NCBI GenBank assembly: GCA_965203325.1 | Contig: OZ241875.1 | Location: forward strand, 32,001 to 96,000 | DNA length: 64,000 nt | Reading direction: 5' to 3' | Source: a bacterium | Lineage (GTDB): Bacteria > UBA8248 | Shown: positions 51,009-62,242 of the stretch, piece by piece | How the letters are laid out: every line of letters begins with the position of its first letter | Numbering within the stretch: position 1 is the first letter of the stretch | The notes under the pieces: generated by a model | The model's input: only the letters and a program-made list of their open reading frames with translations | Told to the model about the DNA's origin: nothing | Database searches by the model: none | Translations under genes and position numbers: made by a program

Positions 51009-51431
51009 ATGATTGGTTTGGTGATCGTCGGCCATGGAGACTATCCGGATGCGCTGTTGAGTGCGGCCGAGTCCGTCTTGTCCGGAGCAGCCCAAATGAA
51101 AGCCCTTTCCCTGCGGCCTGACGCCGATCCCGCCGGATTCACGGAAAAAATCGAAAAGGCGGTCATGGAGGTGGATGCGGGCGAGGGCGTGATTATCATG
51201 ACGGATATGATGGGAGGCGCTCCTACGAATGCGGCGCTCGCAATGCTGAACCATTCCGGGGTAGAGGTTGTGACGGGAGTGAATTTGCCGATGCTCTTGA
51301 AATTGTCATTTATCAAGGGAAAGACCGTCTCCGAAGCGGCGCGTTTTCTGGTGGAGTACGGGAGGCGGAATCTGGCCCAGCCGAGCGAAATGATCAATTC
51401 CGTGAAACAACGCCCAGCCAAGGAGGAATAA
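51009..51431 (+). CDS. PTS EIIA component, mannose/fructose family
   Basis: MIGLVIVGHG, TDMMGGAPTN, EVVTGVNLPML. Confidence 0.9.
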   Translation: MIGLVIVGHGDYPDALLSAAESVLSGAAQMKALSLRPDADPAGFTEKIEKAVMEVDAGEGVIIMTDMMGGAPTNAALAMLNHSGVEVVTGVNLPMLLKLSFIKGKTVSEAARFLVEYGRRNLAQPSEMINSVKQRPAKEE

Positions 51432-51440
51432 ACGCCCATC

Positions 51441-51710
51441 ATGGCGGAACAAAGAGTCAGCATCAGCAATCAAATGGGGCTTCACGCCAGAGCAGCGGCC
51501 AAATTCGTGAGACTGTCGAGTACATTCGAGAGCGAAATTCTTGTTCGGTTCCGCGATATGGAAGTGGACGGAAAGAGCATTATGGGTGTCATGATGCTTG
51601 CCGCGACCCCCGGCTCGGAGCTCCTGATAAGCGCGTGTGGTTCAGATGAAAATGCCGCCGTTGCGGAATTGGCGGATATGGTTCGAACCGGCTTTGGAGA
51701 AATTGCATAG
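51441..51710 (+). CDS. ptsH: Phosphocarrier protein HPr
   Basis: GLHARAA (His15), GKSIMG (Ser46). Confidence 0.95.
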   Translation: MAEQRVSISNQMGLHARAAAKFVRLSSTFESEILVRFRDMEVDGKSIMGVMMLAATPGSELLISACGSDENAAVAELADMVRTGFGEIA

Positions 51711-51776
51711 GGTTTCGTGTTGCCACGCGGGAGATTGAAAGGCCATGTATTCATACAGACTCTACAAAAAGATGTT

Positions 51777-51789
51777 TAACTTATTGATA
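51777..51789. promoter_or_regulatory. IHF-consensus-like site in the AT-rich ptsH-metK spacer
   Basis: TAACTTATTGATA matches TAA-N4-TTGATW. Confidence 0.35.
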
Positions 51790-52007
51790 GATATATGATT
51801 AAAAAAACTAACCCGAACGATAGTTTTCGCCTGTCCGCCCCGCATTCAGAAGCTTTCTCACAGGCAGTTTGACGAAAAAACAACATTTTTCCCGCGCGCT
51901 TCCGTCTAAATTCAAGAAATGATAAAAGACGCCGGAAAACACATCCAGTATAGTGAGGCGTTCTATTGGATTTGATGACAACCTCCAATTTCTGTAGGAG
52001 ATTTTAG

Positions 52008-53186
52008 ATGGGTTCCAATCATGGGGGAAATTACATTTTCACTTCTGAATCCGTCTCGGAAGGGCATCCCGACAAAATGGCCGACCAGATAAGCGATTCC
52101 GTTTTAGACGCCATTTTTCGTGAAGACCCCGACGGCCGCGTTGCTTGTGAAACGCTTATCACGACGGGAATCGTATTCGTAGCCGGCGAGATTACCACGG
52201 CGGCAAATTACGATGCGCGTGAAATTGCGCGCGAGACGATTCGACACATCGGCTACGACAATTCGGCATACGGATTTGATTGCAATACATGTTCGGTCGT
52301 TACGGCGATTGATAGACAGTCGCCCAACATCGATCAAGGGGTCTCGGAGGGACAAGGTCTTTTCCATGAACAAGGGGCGGGCGATCAGGGGATGATGTTT
52401 GGATTCGCCTGCCGGGAATCCGAAGAATTGATGCCTCTGCCCATCATGTTGGCCCACAAGCTGGTTCGCAGGACCACGGACATGAGGCGAAAAGGGGTCT
52501 TGGACTACCTCCGCCCCGACAGCAAAAGCCAGGTATCCATTCGCTATGAAGGTGACGAACCCGTGGCTATCGACAATGTCGTCATTTCTGCTCAGCATTC
52601 CGAGGACGTCAGTCTCGAACAGATACGTGAAGACATCATTCGTGAAGTTATACGCCCCGTCCTCCCGGAAAACATGACGACACAAAACACCGAATTTTAT
52701 GTGAACCCGACCGGGCTTTTCGTCATTGGGGGACCCATGTGTGACACGGGACTCACGGGTCGAAAGATTATCGTGGACACATACGGCGGATACAGCAGGC
52801 ACGGCGGCGGCGCATTTTCCGGCAAAGACCCCTCGAAGGTGGATCGCTCAGCCGCCTATATGGGGAGATACATCGCCAAAAATATCGTTGCTGCGGGGCT
52901 CGCGGATAAAGCGGAAGTGCAACTCGCCTACGCCATCGGCGTGGCGGACCCCGTTTCCGTTTTGGTTGAGGATTTCGGGACGGGCCACGTAGATTCAAAT
53001 CTCCTCTCGGGGGCCGTCCGCGAAGTATTCGGCCTCAAGCCCAGAGAAATTATCGACCACCTCGACTTGCGCCGCCCCATCTTCAAGAACACGGCGGCTT
53101 ATGGACACTTTGGCCGGAGTGAACCTGAGTTCACCTGGGAGAAAACGGACAAGACATCCGATCTGAAGACCGCTGTCGGGGCGTAG
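52008..53186 (+). CDS. metK: S-adenosylmethionine synthetase
   Basis: [45 protein letters not shown]. Confidence 0.97.
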   Translation: MGSNHGGNYIFTSESVSEGHPDKMADQISDSVLDAIFREDPDGRVACETLITTGIVFVAGEITTAANYDAREIARETIRHIGYDNSAYGFDCNTCSVVTAIDRQSPNIDQGVSEGQGLFHEQGAGDQGMMFGFACRESEELMPLPIMLAHKLVRRTTDMRRKGVLDYLRPDSKSQVSIRYEGDEPVAIDNVVISAQHSEDVSLEQIREDIIREVIRPVLPENMTTQNTEFYVNPTGLFVIGGPMCDTGLTGRKIIVDTYGGYSRHGGGAFSGKDPSKVDRSAAYMGRYIAKNIVAAGLADKAEVQLAYAIGVADPVSVLVEDFGTGHVDSNLLSGAVREVFGLKPREIIDHLDLRRPIFKNTAAYGHFGRSEPEFTWEKTDKTSDLKTAVGA

Positions 53187-53239
53187 AATTCAGTGAGGCC
53201 GAACGACCGGTTTTAATCGCGGGAAATTTTGGAGAGTAA

Positions 53240-54496
<1,257 letters not shown>

Positions 54497-54541
54497 AGTT
54501 TCTCCGCATCCGATACGCCGCCCGCCACGGGAGAGTTTTCT

Positions 54542-55834
54542 GTGGCTGGAAATTTATTCGCCGCGTCACGCCAGAAAAAAAAGACAAAACGGCTGTTGGG
54601 GAATTCATTTCTCATCCTTGGTTTTTTTCTCGTTTTCTGGGCACAAGAGGGGGGGAACGCCTTTGGCGCGCGGGGATTGGACGCAAGAGTTCTCGGAGTT
54701 CGGGAATTCTCCACCCCGGATTATGCGCGGATAGTCTTCATTTTGAACCGCAAAACGTTTGATTTCAAATCGGGCATCTTGAAAAAGCCCACGCGGATTT
54801 TTATTGACATCCCTCGCGGGCGCATCGAGCGGAACGCTCGAATTCCGAAATTTTCTCCAGGAAGCAGCATCGTCTCTCGCCTCAGGTTCGGCAACCCGAG
54901 GAAAGGCAGGCTGCGCCTCGTGATTGATATAGCGAAAAAACATGATGCCAAATACCGAATTTTCACCCTCTCGAATCCGCAACGCATCGTGGTTGACGTA
55001 TGGGCCAAAAGCACGAGCATCCTGAAACACCCCCAAAGGGGAGGGCGCAAGCGCCCGAAACCCGGCAAGTCCCCCCGCGCGCTCAAGACGCCCCCGCGCC
55101 GGAAAAAGCTGACTCGCCGCGAGATGAATCTCGTTCAAAGATTTCGCCACGGTCTGGGTAGAATCGTCCTGGACCCAGGACATGGAGGCAAGGACCCGGG
55201 CGCCATCGGTTTATCCGGTTTGAGAGAAAAACGAGTTGCCCTCGACATCGCACTTAGAACCAGGCGGGTGTTGAGGCGTATCTTGCCCGGTAACAGGGTC
55301 TATCTCACTCGAACGACTGACAGATACATTTCCCTGTCTCGTAGAACATCGTTCGCCAATGAACATGATGCGGACATATTCATCTCGATTCATGCGAACA
55401 GCGCGCATTCGCGGCGCATCCACGGAATCGAAACCTATCTGCTGAGCGAGGCGTCATCGGCCAGAGCGCTCAGGTTGGCAGCCAGAGAAAGCGGGACGAC
55501 CCTGGAACGCATGAGCGATTTGCAAAAAATCCTGAATGATCTGGGATTGAGGTCGAAAGTCACGGAGTCTCAACAACTGGCCCGGCGGGTTCAGCAAGCG
55601 ATGCTCTCTCGTCTGAGGCCCGGTTATCGCGGAATCCGCGATCTGGGTGTCAAGCGTGGGCCGTTCTATGTGCTGCTCGGCGCCCGGATGCCGAGCATAC
55701 TGGTCGAGGTCGCCTTCATCTCGAATCAACGGGAAGCGCGGCGGATGAGAAGCTCCAAATACCGTCAGGCGCTTGCGGAAGGAATTGCAAGAGGTATCAT
55801 GCAGTTTGTGCGCCGGCCCCCGAGGAGCCGATAA
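54542..55834 (+). CDS. N-acetylmuramoyl-L-alanine amidase (AMIN + Amidase_3, AmiC-like)
   Basis: Signal/TM; PTRIFID, PQRIVVD; DPGHGGKDPG, EK, ISIHANS, PFYVL, LVEVAFISN. Confidence 0.9.
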   Translation: MAGNLFAASRQKKKTKRLLGNSFLILGFFLVFWAQEGGNAFGARGLDARVLGVREFSTPDYARIVFILNRKTFDFKSGILKKPTRIFIDIPRGRIERNARIPKFSPGSSIVSRLRFGNPRKGRLRLVIDIAKKHDAKYRIFTLSNPQRIVVDVWAKSTSILKHPQRGGRKRPKPGKSPRALKTPPRRKKLTRREMNLVQRFRHGLGRIVLDPGHGGKDPGAIGLSGLREKRVALDIALRTRRVLRRILPGNRVYLTRTTDRYISLSRRTSFANEHDADIFISIHANSAHSRRIHGIETYLLSEASSARALRLAARESGTTLERMSDLQKILNDLGLRSKVTESQQLARRVQQAMLSRLRPGYRGIRDLGVKRGPFYVLLGARMPSILVEVAFISNQREARRMRSSKYRQALAEGIARGIMQFVRRPPRSR

Positions 55835-55880
55835 AAGCGCCTTGAGACGCTAAATCCCGCATTTTTCTGGAAACGCTTCC

Positions 55881-57248
55881 ATGCCTTCTCTCGTATTCGT
55901 AATCGTAGGGCGACCGAATGTGGGGAAATCTACGTTCTTCAATCGTCTCACCGGCAGACGGGACGCCATTGTCCGTGCGGAACCGGGAGTGACCCGGGAC
56001 AGGCGCTACGGCGAGGGGGAATGGGAAGGCAGTAAATTTCTCGCCGTCGATACGGGCGGCATTGCCGCATTGGAAAGCGACCCTTTTTTGCCGAAAATTC
56101 AGGAACAGACGGCAGCCGCCATCGCGGAGAGTGATGTGGTTTTATTTCTTGTCGATGGAATCGAGGGCCTCCTTCCCGGGGATCACGAAATCGCGCAAAT
56201 GCTCCGCGTCTCGAAGAAACCGGTGCTGCTCATCCTGAATAAATCAGATTCCAAGCGCGCACGAGAGGCGGAATGGGATTTTTACCAACTGGGCCTTGGG
56301 GATGTTTGGCCCGTTTCGGCGGAGCATGGTTCAGGCGTGTCCGAGGTGATGGATGAGGCGGTTCGCGTCGCTTCGGGTGAGCTTGGAAGCGAAGAGACTG
56401 GGGATACGGATGAGCATCGGGTCGCCGTCGTCGGCCGCCCGAATGTGGGGAAATCCTCTTTCGTGAATCAACTCCTGGGAAGCGAACGCTCTCTGGTGAG
56501 TCCAGTCCCGGGCACAACACGAGACCCGGTGGATTCCCTGTGTTTGAGAGAGGGAAAATCTTACCGTCTCGTGGATACAGCCGGCATCAGGAGAAGAGGA
56601 AAGATCGGAAAGCGCCAGGTCGAGGCGGTGAGCATGATTATGGCCTATCGAAGCATCGAACGCGCACAGATCGCTTTGCTGCTCATCGACGCGACCGAAG
56701 GTCCGAAAACGATGGATGCGCAGATAGCCCGCCACATCAAAGAATCCGGCCGCGCCTGCGCGATTTTGTTGAATAAATGGGACCTTGTCGAGAAGGAAAG
56801 CAAGACGTTCGATGAGACAGTGCGCGAAATCAGGGACAAACTGGTTCACATCCAATTCGCGCCGGTTCTCTCCGTCTCCGCTTTGACGGGGCAGAGGTGC
56901 GAGCGGGTATTCGACGTAACAGACAAGATTCTTGAGTCTCATTTCAGGCGTGTGCCCACCGGACAATTGAACCGGGCAATCGCGGAAATCGTTAATGCGC
57001 ACCCCCCGCCCACAGTTTCGGGAGGGCGGCGTCCCAAAGTGTATTACGCTACGCAAAGCGGCGTTTCTCCGCCTCATGTCATTCTCTTCGCAAGTCTCGC
57101 AAGCCAAATCCCTGTGGAGCAATATGGGAGGTACGTGGAAAACAGGTTGAGAGAGCGCTTTGATTTTGAGGGTACGCCGCTCAGGGTGAGCTTCCGCCAA
57201 AGAGGGGCGAGCACCCCGCGAAGACGAAGGGGAAAAGCAAGGCGATAA
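55881..57248 (+). CDS. der: Ribosome biogenesis GTPase Der (EngA)
   Basis: Two GRPNVGKS P-loops, DTGG/DTAG, NKSD/NKWD, KH-like C-terminus. Confidence 0.96.
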   Translation: MPSLVFVIVGRPNVGKSTFFNRLTGRRDAIVRAEPGVTRDRRYGEGEWEGSKFLAVDTGGIAALESDPFLPKIQEQTAAAIAESDVVLFLVDGIEGLLPGDHEIAQMLRVSKKPVLLILNKSDSKRAREAEWDFYQLGLGDVWPVSAEHGSGVSEVMDEAVRVASGELGSEETGDTDEHRVAVVGRPNVGKSSFVNQLLGSERSLVSPVPGTTRDPVDSLCLREGKSYRLVDTAGIRRRGKIGKRQVEAVSMIMAYRSIERAQIALLLIDATEGPKTMDAQIARHIKESGRACAILLNKWDLVEKESKTFDETVREIRDKLVHIQFAPVLSVSALTGQRCERVFDVTDKILESHFRRVPTGQLNRAIAEIVNAHPPPTVSGGRRPKVYYATQSGVSPPHVILFASLASQIPVEQYGRYVENRLRERFDFEGTPLRVSFRQRGASTPRRRRGKARR

Positions 57249-57337
57249 CTTCAAGAATTTTCGAGAGTTTGGCGCAAGCGCACAACCTTATAGTTCATAC
57301 CCAGCTTTAATGATGCCCCGCAAGTAATTCAATCTGA

Positions 57338-57366
57338 TTGACAAAACGAACCTTGGATGGCACGAT
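57338..57366 (+). promoter_or_regulatory. Candidate sigma70 promoter for the EF-G paralogue
   Basis: TTGACA-N17-CACGAT with TG extension; weak -10. Confidence 0.3.
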
Positions 57367-57465
57367 TTGAGGCATATTTATTTTCGTATTCATCACCGAG
57401 TCGGGCGCGAGGCTCTTTCTAAACGTCGCGTTGCCAAAGGACTGATATCAGAGGAGTTGAGGTAA

Positions 57466-59553
57466 ATGGCGGCGCACGAAACAGACAAAATTCGAAACGT
57501 AGCTTTCGTGGGGGAGGGAGGAAACGGGAAAACTTCCCTTGTGGAGGCCTGCCTTTTCACCGCTGGAAGTACGGACAGGCAGGGAAAGGTAGATGCAGGC
57601 AACACGATACTTGACTCGGAACCCGAAGAAGTGAAAAGAAACTCCTCCATCCTGGGCGCGGTGGCCTACGCCGATTGGAACAGGCATCGTATCAATCTTC
57701 TCGACACACCCGGATATTCGAATTTCATATCGGATACCGTCGCAGCCATTTGCGCATGTGACAACGCCGTCGTCGTGCTGAATTCTCATTCAGAACCCAA
57801 GGTGATTACCGAAAAAGTTTTGGGTTGGGCCGAGGAAGAAGGCTTGTGTCAATTCATATTTCTGAACCAGATGGATCATGAACAAGCCGATTTGAGCCGC
57901 GCGATGGAATTTGCGGAAAAGACGATTGATAAACGTCTTGTGGTATTGCAGGTGCCGATGAACCCGGGCGCCGGTTTCAATGGGGTTGTCGATCTCATCT
58001 CGGGCAAAGCTTTCACCTATCAAGTCGAGGGGAATGGAAAGGGTGTGGAGAGCGATATTCCCGCAGAACTGGCCGATGCCTGCGAAGAGTATCGCGGGCA
58101 ACTCATCGAGTTCGCGGCAGAGGCCAATGAAGAGGTTCTCGAGAAGTATCTGGAAGGAGAGGAGCTTTCGCCGGATGAGATCGTCCAGGGATTGCGCCAG
58201 GGGATTCATGAAGGTTCCTTTATGCCGGTTTTGTGTGGTTGCGGATTGAAAAACATAGGCACGGACCTGTTACTCCAGGCTATAGAGGAGTTCGGCGCCT
58301 CGCCCTCGGCGCGTGAATTCAAAGCGAATAACGCGAATGGCGAGGAAGTGAGCATCAAAGCGGACTCAGGCGAACCTTTCCGCGCCCTGGTGTTCAAAAC
58401 GGTAGTAGATGCTTTCGCAGGCAAGTTGAATTATTTCCGGGTGGTCTCGGGCGAGGTTTCTTCCGACACCGCCGTTCTGAACACCACGCAATCGGAGAAA
58501 GAGAGAATCGGTTCCTTGCTCTTCATCCAGGGCAAAGGACAGTCTCCCGTCTCCGACAAACTGGTGCCGGGAGATATCGCCGCGCTCGCCAAGCTGAAAA
58601 CCACGAGAACCGGGGATACGCTCTGCGACGATGCCGGCGCCGTCGTGTTCGAACCCATCAGCTTCCCCTCGCCCGTCATCTCCTATGCCGTGGAGCCCAA
58701 GAGCAAGGGTGATGAGGAAAAACTCAGCACGGCTCTCGCGCGTTTGCGCGATGAAGACCCGGCACTCACCGTCAGCCGTGATTCCCAAACGAAAGAGATG
58801 CTTCTCTCGGGCCTGGGCGTTCTGCACATTGAGGTGATAGTCGAGCGCATCAAGCGCAAATATGGCGTGGAAGTGGAGATGAAGACTCCGCGCGTGCCCT
58901 ACAAGGAAACGATTAAGGGCAGAACCAAGGTGCAGGGCCGCTACAAGAAACAAACCGGTGGGCGAGGACAGTTTGGAGACACCTGGCTTGAGATCGAGCC
59001 GCTACAGCGTGGCGGCGGGTTCGAGTTCGTGGATAAAATCGTGGGTGGCGCGATTCCCAAGACGTTCATTCCGGCCGTGGAAAAGGGGATCGTGGAAGCG
59101 ATGGATGCTGGAACCCTGGCGGGCTATCCCGTGACGGATCTGAAAATCACGCTTTATGACGGCAGTTTTCACAACGTCGACAGTTCCGAAATGGCCTTCA
59201 AGATTGCCGGCTCTCTTGGATTCAAGAAAGGGGTTCAGGAATGCAGGCCGACTCTTCTCGAGCCGATTATGAACATGCAAATCGTTGTGCCGGAAGAATA
59301 TATGGGCGACATCATCGGCGACATGAATTCACGCAGGGGCAGGGTGCTCGGCATGGACCCGGGCATCAGTGGCAAGCAGGTCATCAAATCTCAAGTTCCC
59401 ATGGCGGAGGTGTTGAACTATGCGCCCGCGCTGCGCTCGCTGACCGCAGATCGGGGTGATTTCTCGATGGAATTTTCTCACTATGAGGAAGTGCCGGGGC
59501 AAATTTCCGAGAAAATCATATCTGAAGCGGCGACTGCCCGTGAGAGCGAGTAA
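57466..59553 (+). CDS. fusA2: Elongation factor G paralogue (EF-G2 type)
   Basis: GEGGNGKT, DTPGY, KKQTGGRGQFG, GSFHNVDSSEMAF, LLEPIM; not beside rpsL/rpsG/tuf. Confidence 0.88.
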   Translation: MAAHETDKIRNVAFVGEGGNGKTSLVEACLFTAGSTDRQGKVDAGNTILDSEPEEVKRNSSILGAVAYADWNRHRINLLDTPGYSNFISDTVAAICACDNAVVVLNSHSEPKVITEKVLGWAEEEGLCQFIFLNQMDHEQADLSRAMEFAEKTIDKRLVVLQVPMNPGAGFNGVVDLISGKAFTYQVEGNGKGVESDIPAELADACEEYRGQLIEFAAEANEEVLEKYLEGEELSPDEIVQGLRQGIHEGSFMPVLCGCGLKNIGTDLLLQAIEEFGASPSAREFKANNANGEEVSIKADSGEPFRALVFKTVVDAFAGKLNYFRVVSGEVSSDTAVLNTTQSEKERIGSLLFIQGKGQSPVSDKLVPGDIAALAKLKTTRTGDTLCDDAGAVVFEPISFPSPVISYAVEPKSKGDEEKLSTALARLRDEDPALTVSRDSQTKEMLLSGLGVLHIEVIVERIKRKYGVEVEMKTPRVPYKETIKGRTKVQGRYKKQTGGRGQFGDTWLEIEPLQRGGGFEFVDKIVGGAIPKTFIPAVEKGIVEAMDAGTLAGYPVTDLKITLYDGSFHNVDSSEMAFKIAGSLGFKKGVQECRPTLLEPIMNMQIVVPEEYMGDIIGDMNSRRGRVLGMDPGISGKQVIKSQVPMAEVLNYAPALRSLTADRGDFSMEFSHYEEVPGQISEKIISEAATARESE

Positions 59554-59586
59554 TTCGCATATATATAGAGGTAGAGGGTTCTTATC

Positions 59587-60816
59587 ATGGCGAGAAAAGG
59601 GGTGAATCTTCTCGAAGGCGATGATGAGGAAAGGGAAGGGGACTCGGACGGGGACTCCGGGGACGACGGAGGAAATTACGAGCGCCGAAGAGGCGGTTTC
59701 GTCGACGTCTTGATGGTCATCCTGTTCGTGTGTGTCATGCTGGGGGGAGTGGCTTGGGCGGGGTATCAATTTTGGTGGCTTCCCAAAGTGAAAAAAGAGG
59801 CGCAACTCGAAAAAGCCCGTATGAAGCAAGAACAGCAAAGAAAAATGCTTTTGGCGAACAGGCAAGGTGCGCAACGAGTTCCCGAACGGGTTCCTCCGGC
59901 GGCGGCGCCGCCGCAAAGAGCTATGGGTGCAACAGGTCGAAGGGTACAGCCTAACCGCCCCACACCTCCGCAGTCGGCTGAAAAAAAGGCGATGCCACGA
60001 AAATCCCCTCCCCGAAGCCCGGCTGAAAAGGCACCGCCCGCCACTTCTGCAGCGATGAAAAAAACCGCCACTCCGCCGAAGATGAAAGACAAGCCGAGGC
60101 GCGAGCCGGCGATGGTCATTCAAATCCCCGAGAAGAAGACTTCGGTTCCTAAAACCGGGCCCGCTCGCTCGATTCTCCGCAAAAAACAGGTTGCCGAGAA
60201 GAAGCCGGAAGCGCCGAAAGCGAAAATTCAAAGTGCACCAAGCGCCCGAAAGTCGACTCGGGGTTTTTACTATAGCGTTCAGGTGGCTTCCTGCAGGACC
60301 GAGCGTTGTGCGGACTCGTTTTCAAAACGCTTGAAGAGCAAGGGGTTTTCCGCCTTCAGGGTGGCAAGCACAAGCCGCGCGACCACCAGAAGCCGTGCGA
60401 CAAGCACAAGCCGTGCGAGGCGTCGCAGTGGTCAGCAGATCACAGAGGTGCGCCTCGGTTCGTTTTCGAGTCTGTCTAAGGCCCGGGCCCTTGCGAGCAG
60501 GGCGAAGAAGAACAAGATCGAGGCCAGGGTATACCGCTCCGATAAGCATTGGAGGGTGGCGGCAGGAAGGTTCAGGAATCTGGAAGATGCGGCCCTTCTT
60601 CTGGACCGCGCGGAAGATGCCGGATTTCGCGGTGAGCTCGCCTCCCGGCTTCAAAATGGGAGGACTTCCCGGCCTCAAAGTGGAAAGACGAGGAAGCTGT
60701 ACAGGATACGAACCGGGAAATTCGAAACCCTCCGTAAGGCGATGGCGTTCAGGAAGAAAATCCGCCTTGCCGGGTTTTCCGATGCCATTGTAGTTCGCCG
60801 CAGATCGAGAAAATAG
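59587..60816 (+). CDS. Bitopic SPOR-domain protein (FtsN/DedD-like architecture)
   Basis: Acidic N-tail, one TM, Pro/Lys/Ala-rich linker, SPOR half-repeats [29 protein letters not shown]. Confidence 0.8.
   Translation: MARKGVNLLEGDDEEREGDSDGDSGDDGGNYERRRGGFVDVLMVILFVCVMLGGVAWAGYQFWWLPKVKKEAQLEKARMKQEQQRKMLLANRQGAQRVPERVPPAAAPPQRAMGATGRRVQPNRPTPPQSAEKKAMPRKSPPRSPAEKAPPATSAAMKKTATPPKMKDKPRREPAMVIQIPEKKTSVPKTGPARSILRKKQVAEKKPEAPKAKIQSAPSARKSTRGFYYSVQVASCRTERCADSFSKRLKSKGFSAFRVASTSRATTRSRATSTSRARRRSGQQITEVRLGSFSSLSKARALASRAKKNKIEARVYRSDKHWRVAAGRFRNLEDAALLLDRAEDAGFRGELASRLQNGRTSRPQSGKTRKLYRIRTGKFETLRKAMAFRKKIRLAGFSDAIVVRRRSRK
60364..60418 (+). repeat. Short imperfect in-frame direct repeat
   Basis: caagcacaagccgcgcga and caagcacaagccgtgcga with an intervening agccgtgcga; encodes [17 protein letters not shown]. 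Confidence 0.6.
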
Positions 60817-60826
60817 GGAGTTGACC

Positions 60827-61249
60827 ATGGCCCAGAACGCCCAGAATCAACACATACCCGACAAGTTGTTTTTCAAGATCGGTGAAGTGGCGGAATTGAC
60901 GGGTACAAAGCCCCATGTGCTGCGTTATTGGGAGAGTGAATTCCGAATGCTCCGCCCGGCGAAAGGGGATTCCGGGCAACGCATATATCGCCGGAAAGAC
61001 GTGGAACTCGTTTTCTCGATCAAGCAATTGTTGTACGAAGAGAACTTCACCATTGCCGGAGCCAAGAAACAGCTTCAAAAACAAAGAGCAGCGAGAGCTG
61101 AAGCAAACAAGGCGAAAAAACCTGCTGAAGACAAGCCGGACACTACTCCTGTGTTGCCGTTTGAAAGTTCCGGCCGGGAAAACCTCGATCTGACGTGGGT
61201 TCGCAAAGAACTCAGGGAAATACTAGGGATACTTGATAAGGGCCGTTGA
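60827..61249 (+). CDS. MerR-family HTH regulator
   Basis: [38 protein letters not shown]. Confidence 0.88.
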   Translation: MAQNAQNQHIPDKLFFKIGEVAELTGTKPHVLRYWESEFRMLRPAKGDSGQRIYRRKDVELVFSIKQLLYEENFTIAGAKKQLQKQRAARAEANKAKKPAEDKPDTTPVLPFESSGRENLDLTWVRKELREILGILDKGR

Positions 61250-61302
61250 GACTCGCCTGGATTTGATTTGCTGATTCTGCCGGTCTGCATTTCCAGAAGC
61301 TA

Positions 61303-61331
61303 TTGACGGCTCAGCCCGTTCCGCTTATTGT
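61303..61331 (+). promoter_or_regulatory. Candidate sigma70 promoter upstream of the TPR gene
   Basis: TTGACG-N17-TATTGT. Confidence 0.5.
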
Positions 61332-61466
61332 GCCGCCCGCTCAATTCTAAACACGGAAATCGCGCCAGAGGCAATGAACGTAGTGAGCCGATAAGAGAAT
61401 TGTCCATATGTTCCGATAGAGCCGGTGGCGCTGGTCCGGAGCTCAACACTAAAGGATCATGGTTAG

Positions 61467-62141
61467 ATGGCCAGAACTTTCAGAAAAGAAATCCGGCAGC
61501 CCGACGCGTTGCAAACCCATGGAAGAAAAGCAGTTCTTTGGTTTGTAGAGAATCAAAAGTATTTCTACCTGGGGCTTGGCGTTGTTATTTTGGTGGCGGC
61601 CGTTTTTGTGGGCTACCGCATGTGGGATGAGCGCGCGCGCGAAAAAGCGTTCCTGGCTTATGGCTTGGCCAATATCGCTTCTCTGGATAGCAAGAGCGGC
61701 GAAGCGGTGGAAACCGCCTTCCAAAAGGTGGCCGACGACTACCCGCGTTCGCGTCCGGGTCTTCTGGCGCGCTTGCGACTCGCGGCCCTGCTGCGCGAGA
61801 GGAAACAATATCAAGGCGCGCGGGCGCAATATGAGCTTGTGGCGAAGAGCAGCGTATCCTCAGAGACCGACAAGGAATTGGCGAAGCGCGGAATCGCCTC
61901 CGTATTGATGCTTGAGGGAGCCTGCGCGGAAGCCGTCCCGATATGGAAGTCGATTCTTGAAAAAGGGAGTCTTTTCACGTCCGAAGATCTGTATATCTCG
62001 ATTGCCGATTGTCAGGAGAAGCTTGGACGATTCGAGGATGCGCGCAAGACTTATGAAGAGTTGAGCAAAAAGCACCCGGAGAGTCCGTTTCTGACAGAAC
62101 GAATCCGTGCGAAGTTGGGCGGCGAAAAGCCCGTCAAATAA
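61467..62141 (+). CDS. Membrane-anchored TPR protein (YfgM-like)
   Basis: RKEIRQPD, N-terminal TM, V.DDYP.S..G.LA.L.LA, EDARKTYEEL..HPES. Confidence 0.75.
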   Translation: MARTFRKEIRQPDALQTHGRKAVLWFVENQKYFYLGLGVVILVAAVFVGYRMWDERAREKAFLAYGLANIASLDSKSGEAVETAFQKVADDYPRSRPGLLARLRLAALLRERKQYQGARAQYELVAKSSVSSETDKELAKRGIASVLMLEGACAEAVPIWKSILEKGSLFTSEDLYISIADCQEKLGRFEDARKTYEELSKKHPESPFLTERIRAKLGGEKPVK

Positions 62142-62171
62142 AGTCCATTCCGAAAATTCACTGCATACCGC

Positions 62172-62199
62172 AATGTCGATAAGATATGTTATGTAAAAT
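62172..62199 (+). other. dif-like XerC/XerD recombination site (C arm left, D arm right)
   Basis: AATGTCGATAA-GATATG-TTATGTAAAAT; 11-6-11 layout; D arm 10/11 identical to E. coli TTATGTTAAAT. Confidence 0.75.
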
Positions 62200-62242
62200 T
62201 ATATCCCGGGCCGTTGCCTGCGCTTTCGTCTGACTCCCCTGC

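Noticed and set aside
51718..51780. 20-codon ORF after ptsH as a ptsI remnant
   Set aside because: Too short; no convincing similarity or SD.
57358..57373. TGGCACGATTTGAGGC as a sigma54 promoter
   Set aside because: GC is 11 bp from GG rather than 10 and TTGC is absent.
61250..61466. tRNA or ncRNA after the MerR gene
   Set aside because: No cloverleaf, T-loop or CCA found; only a promoter-like motif.
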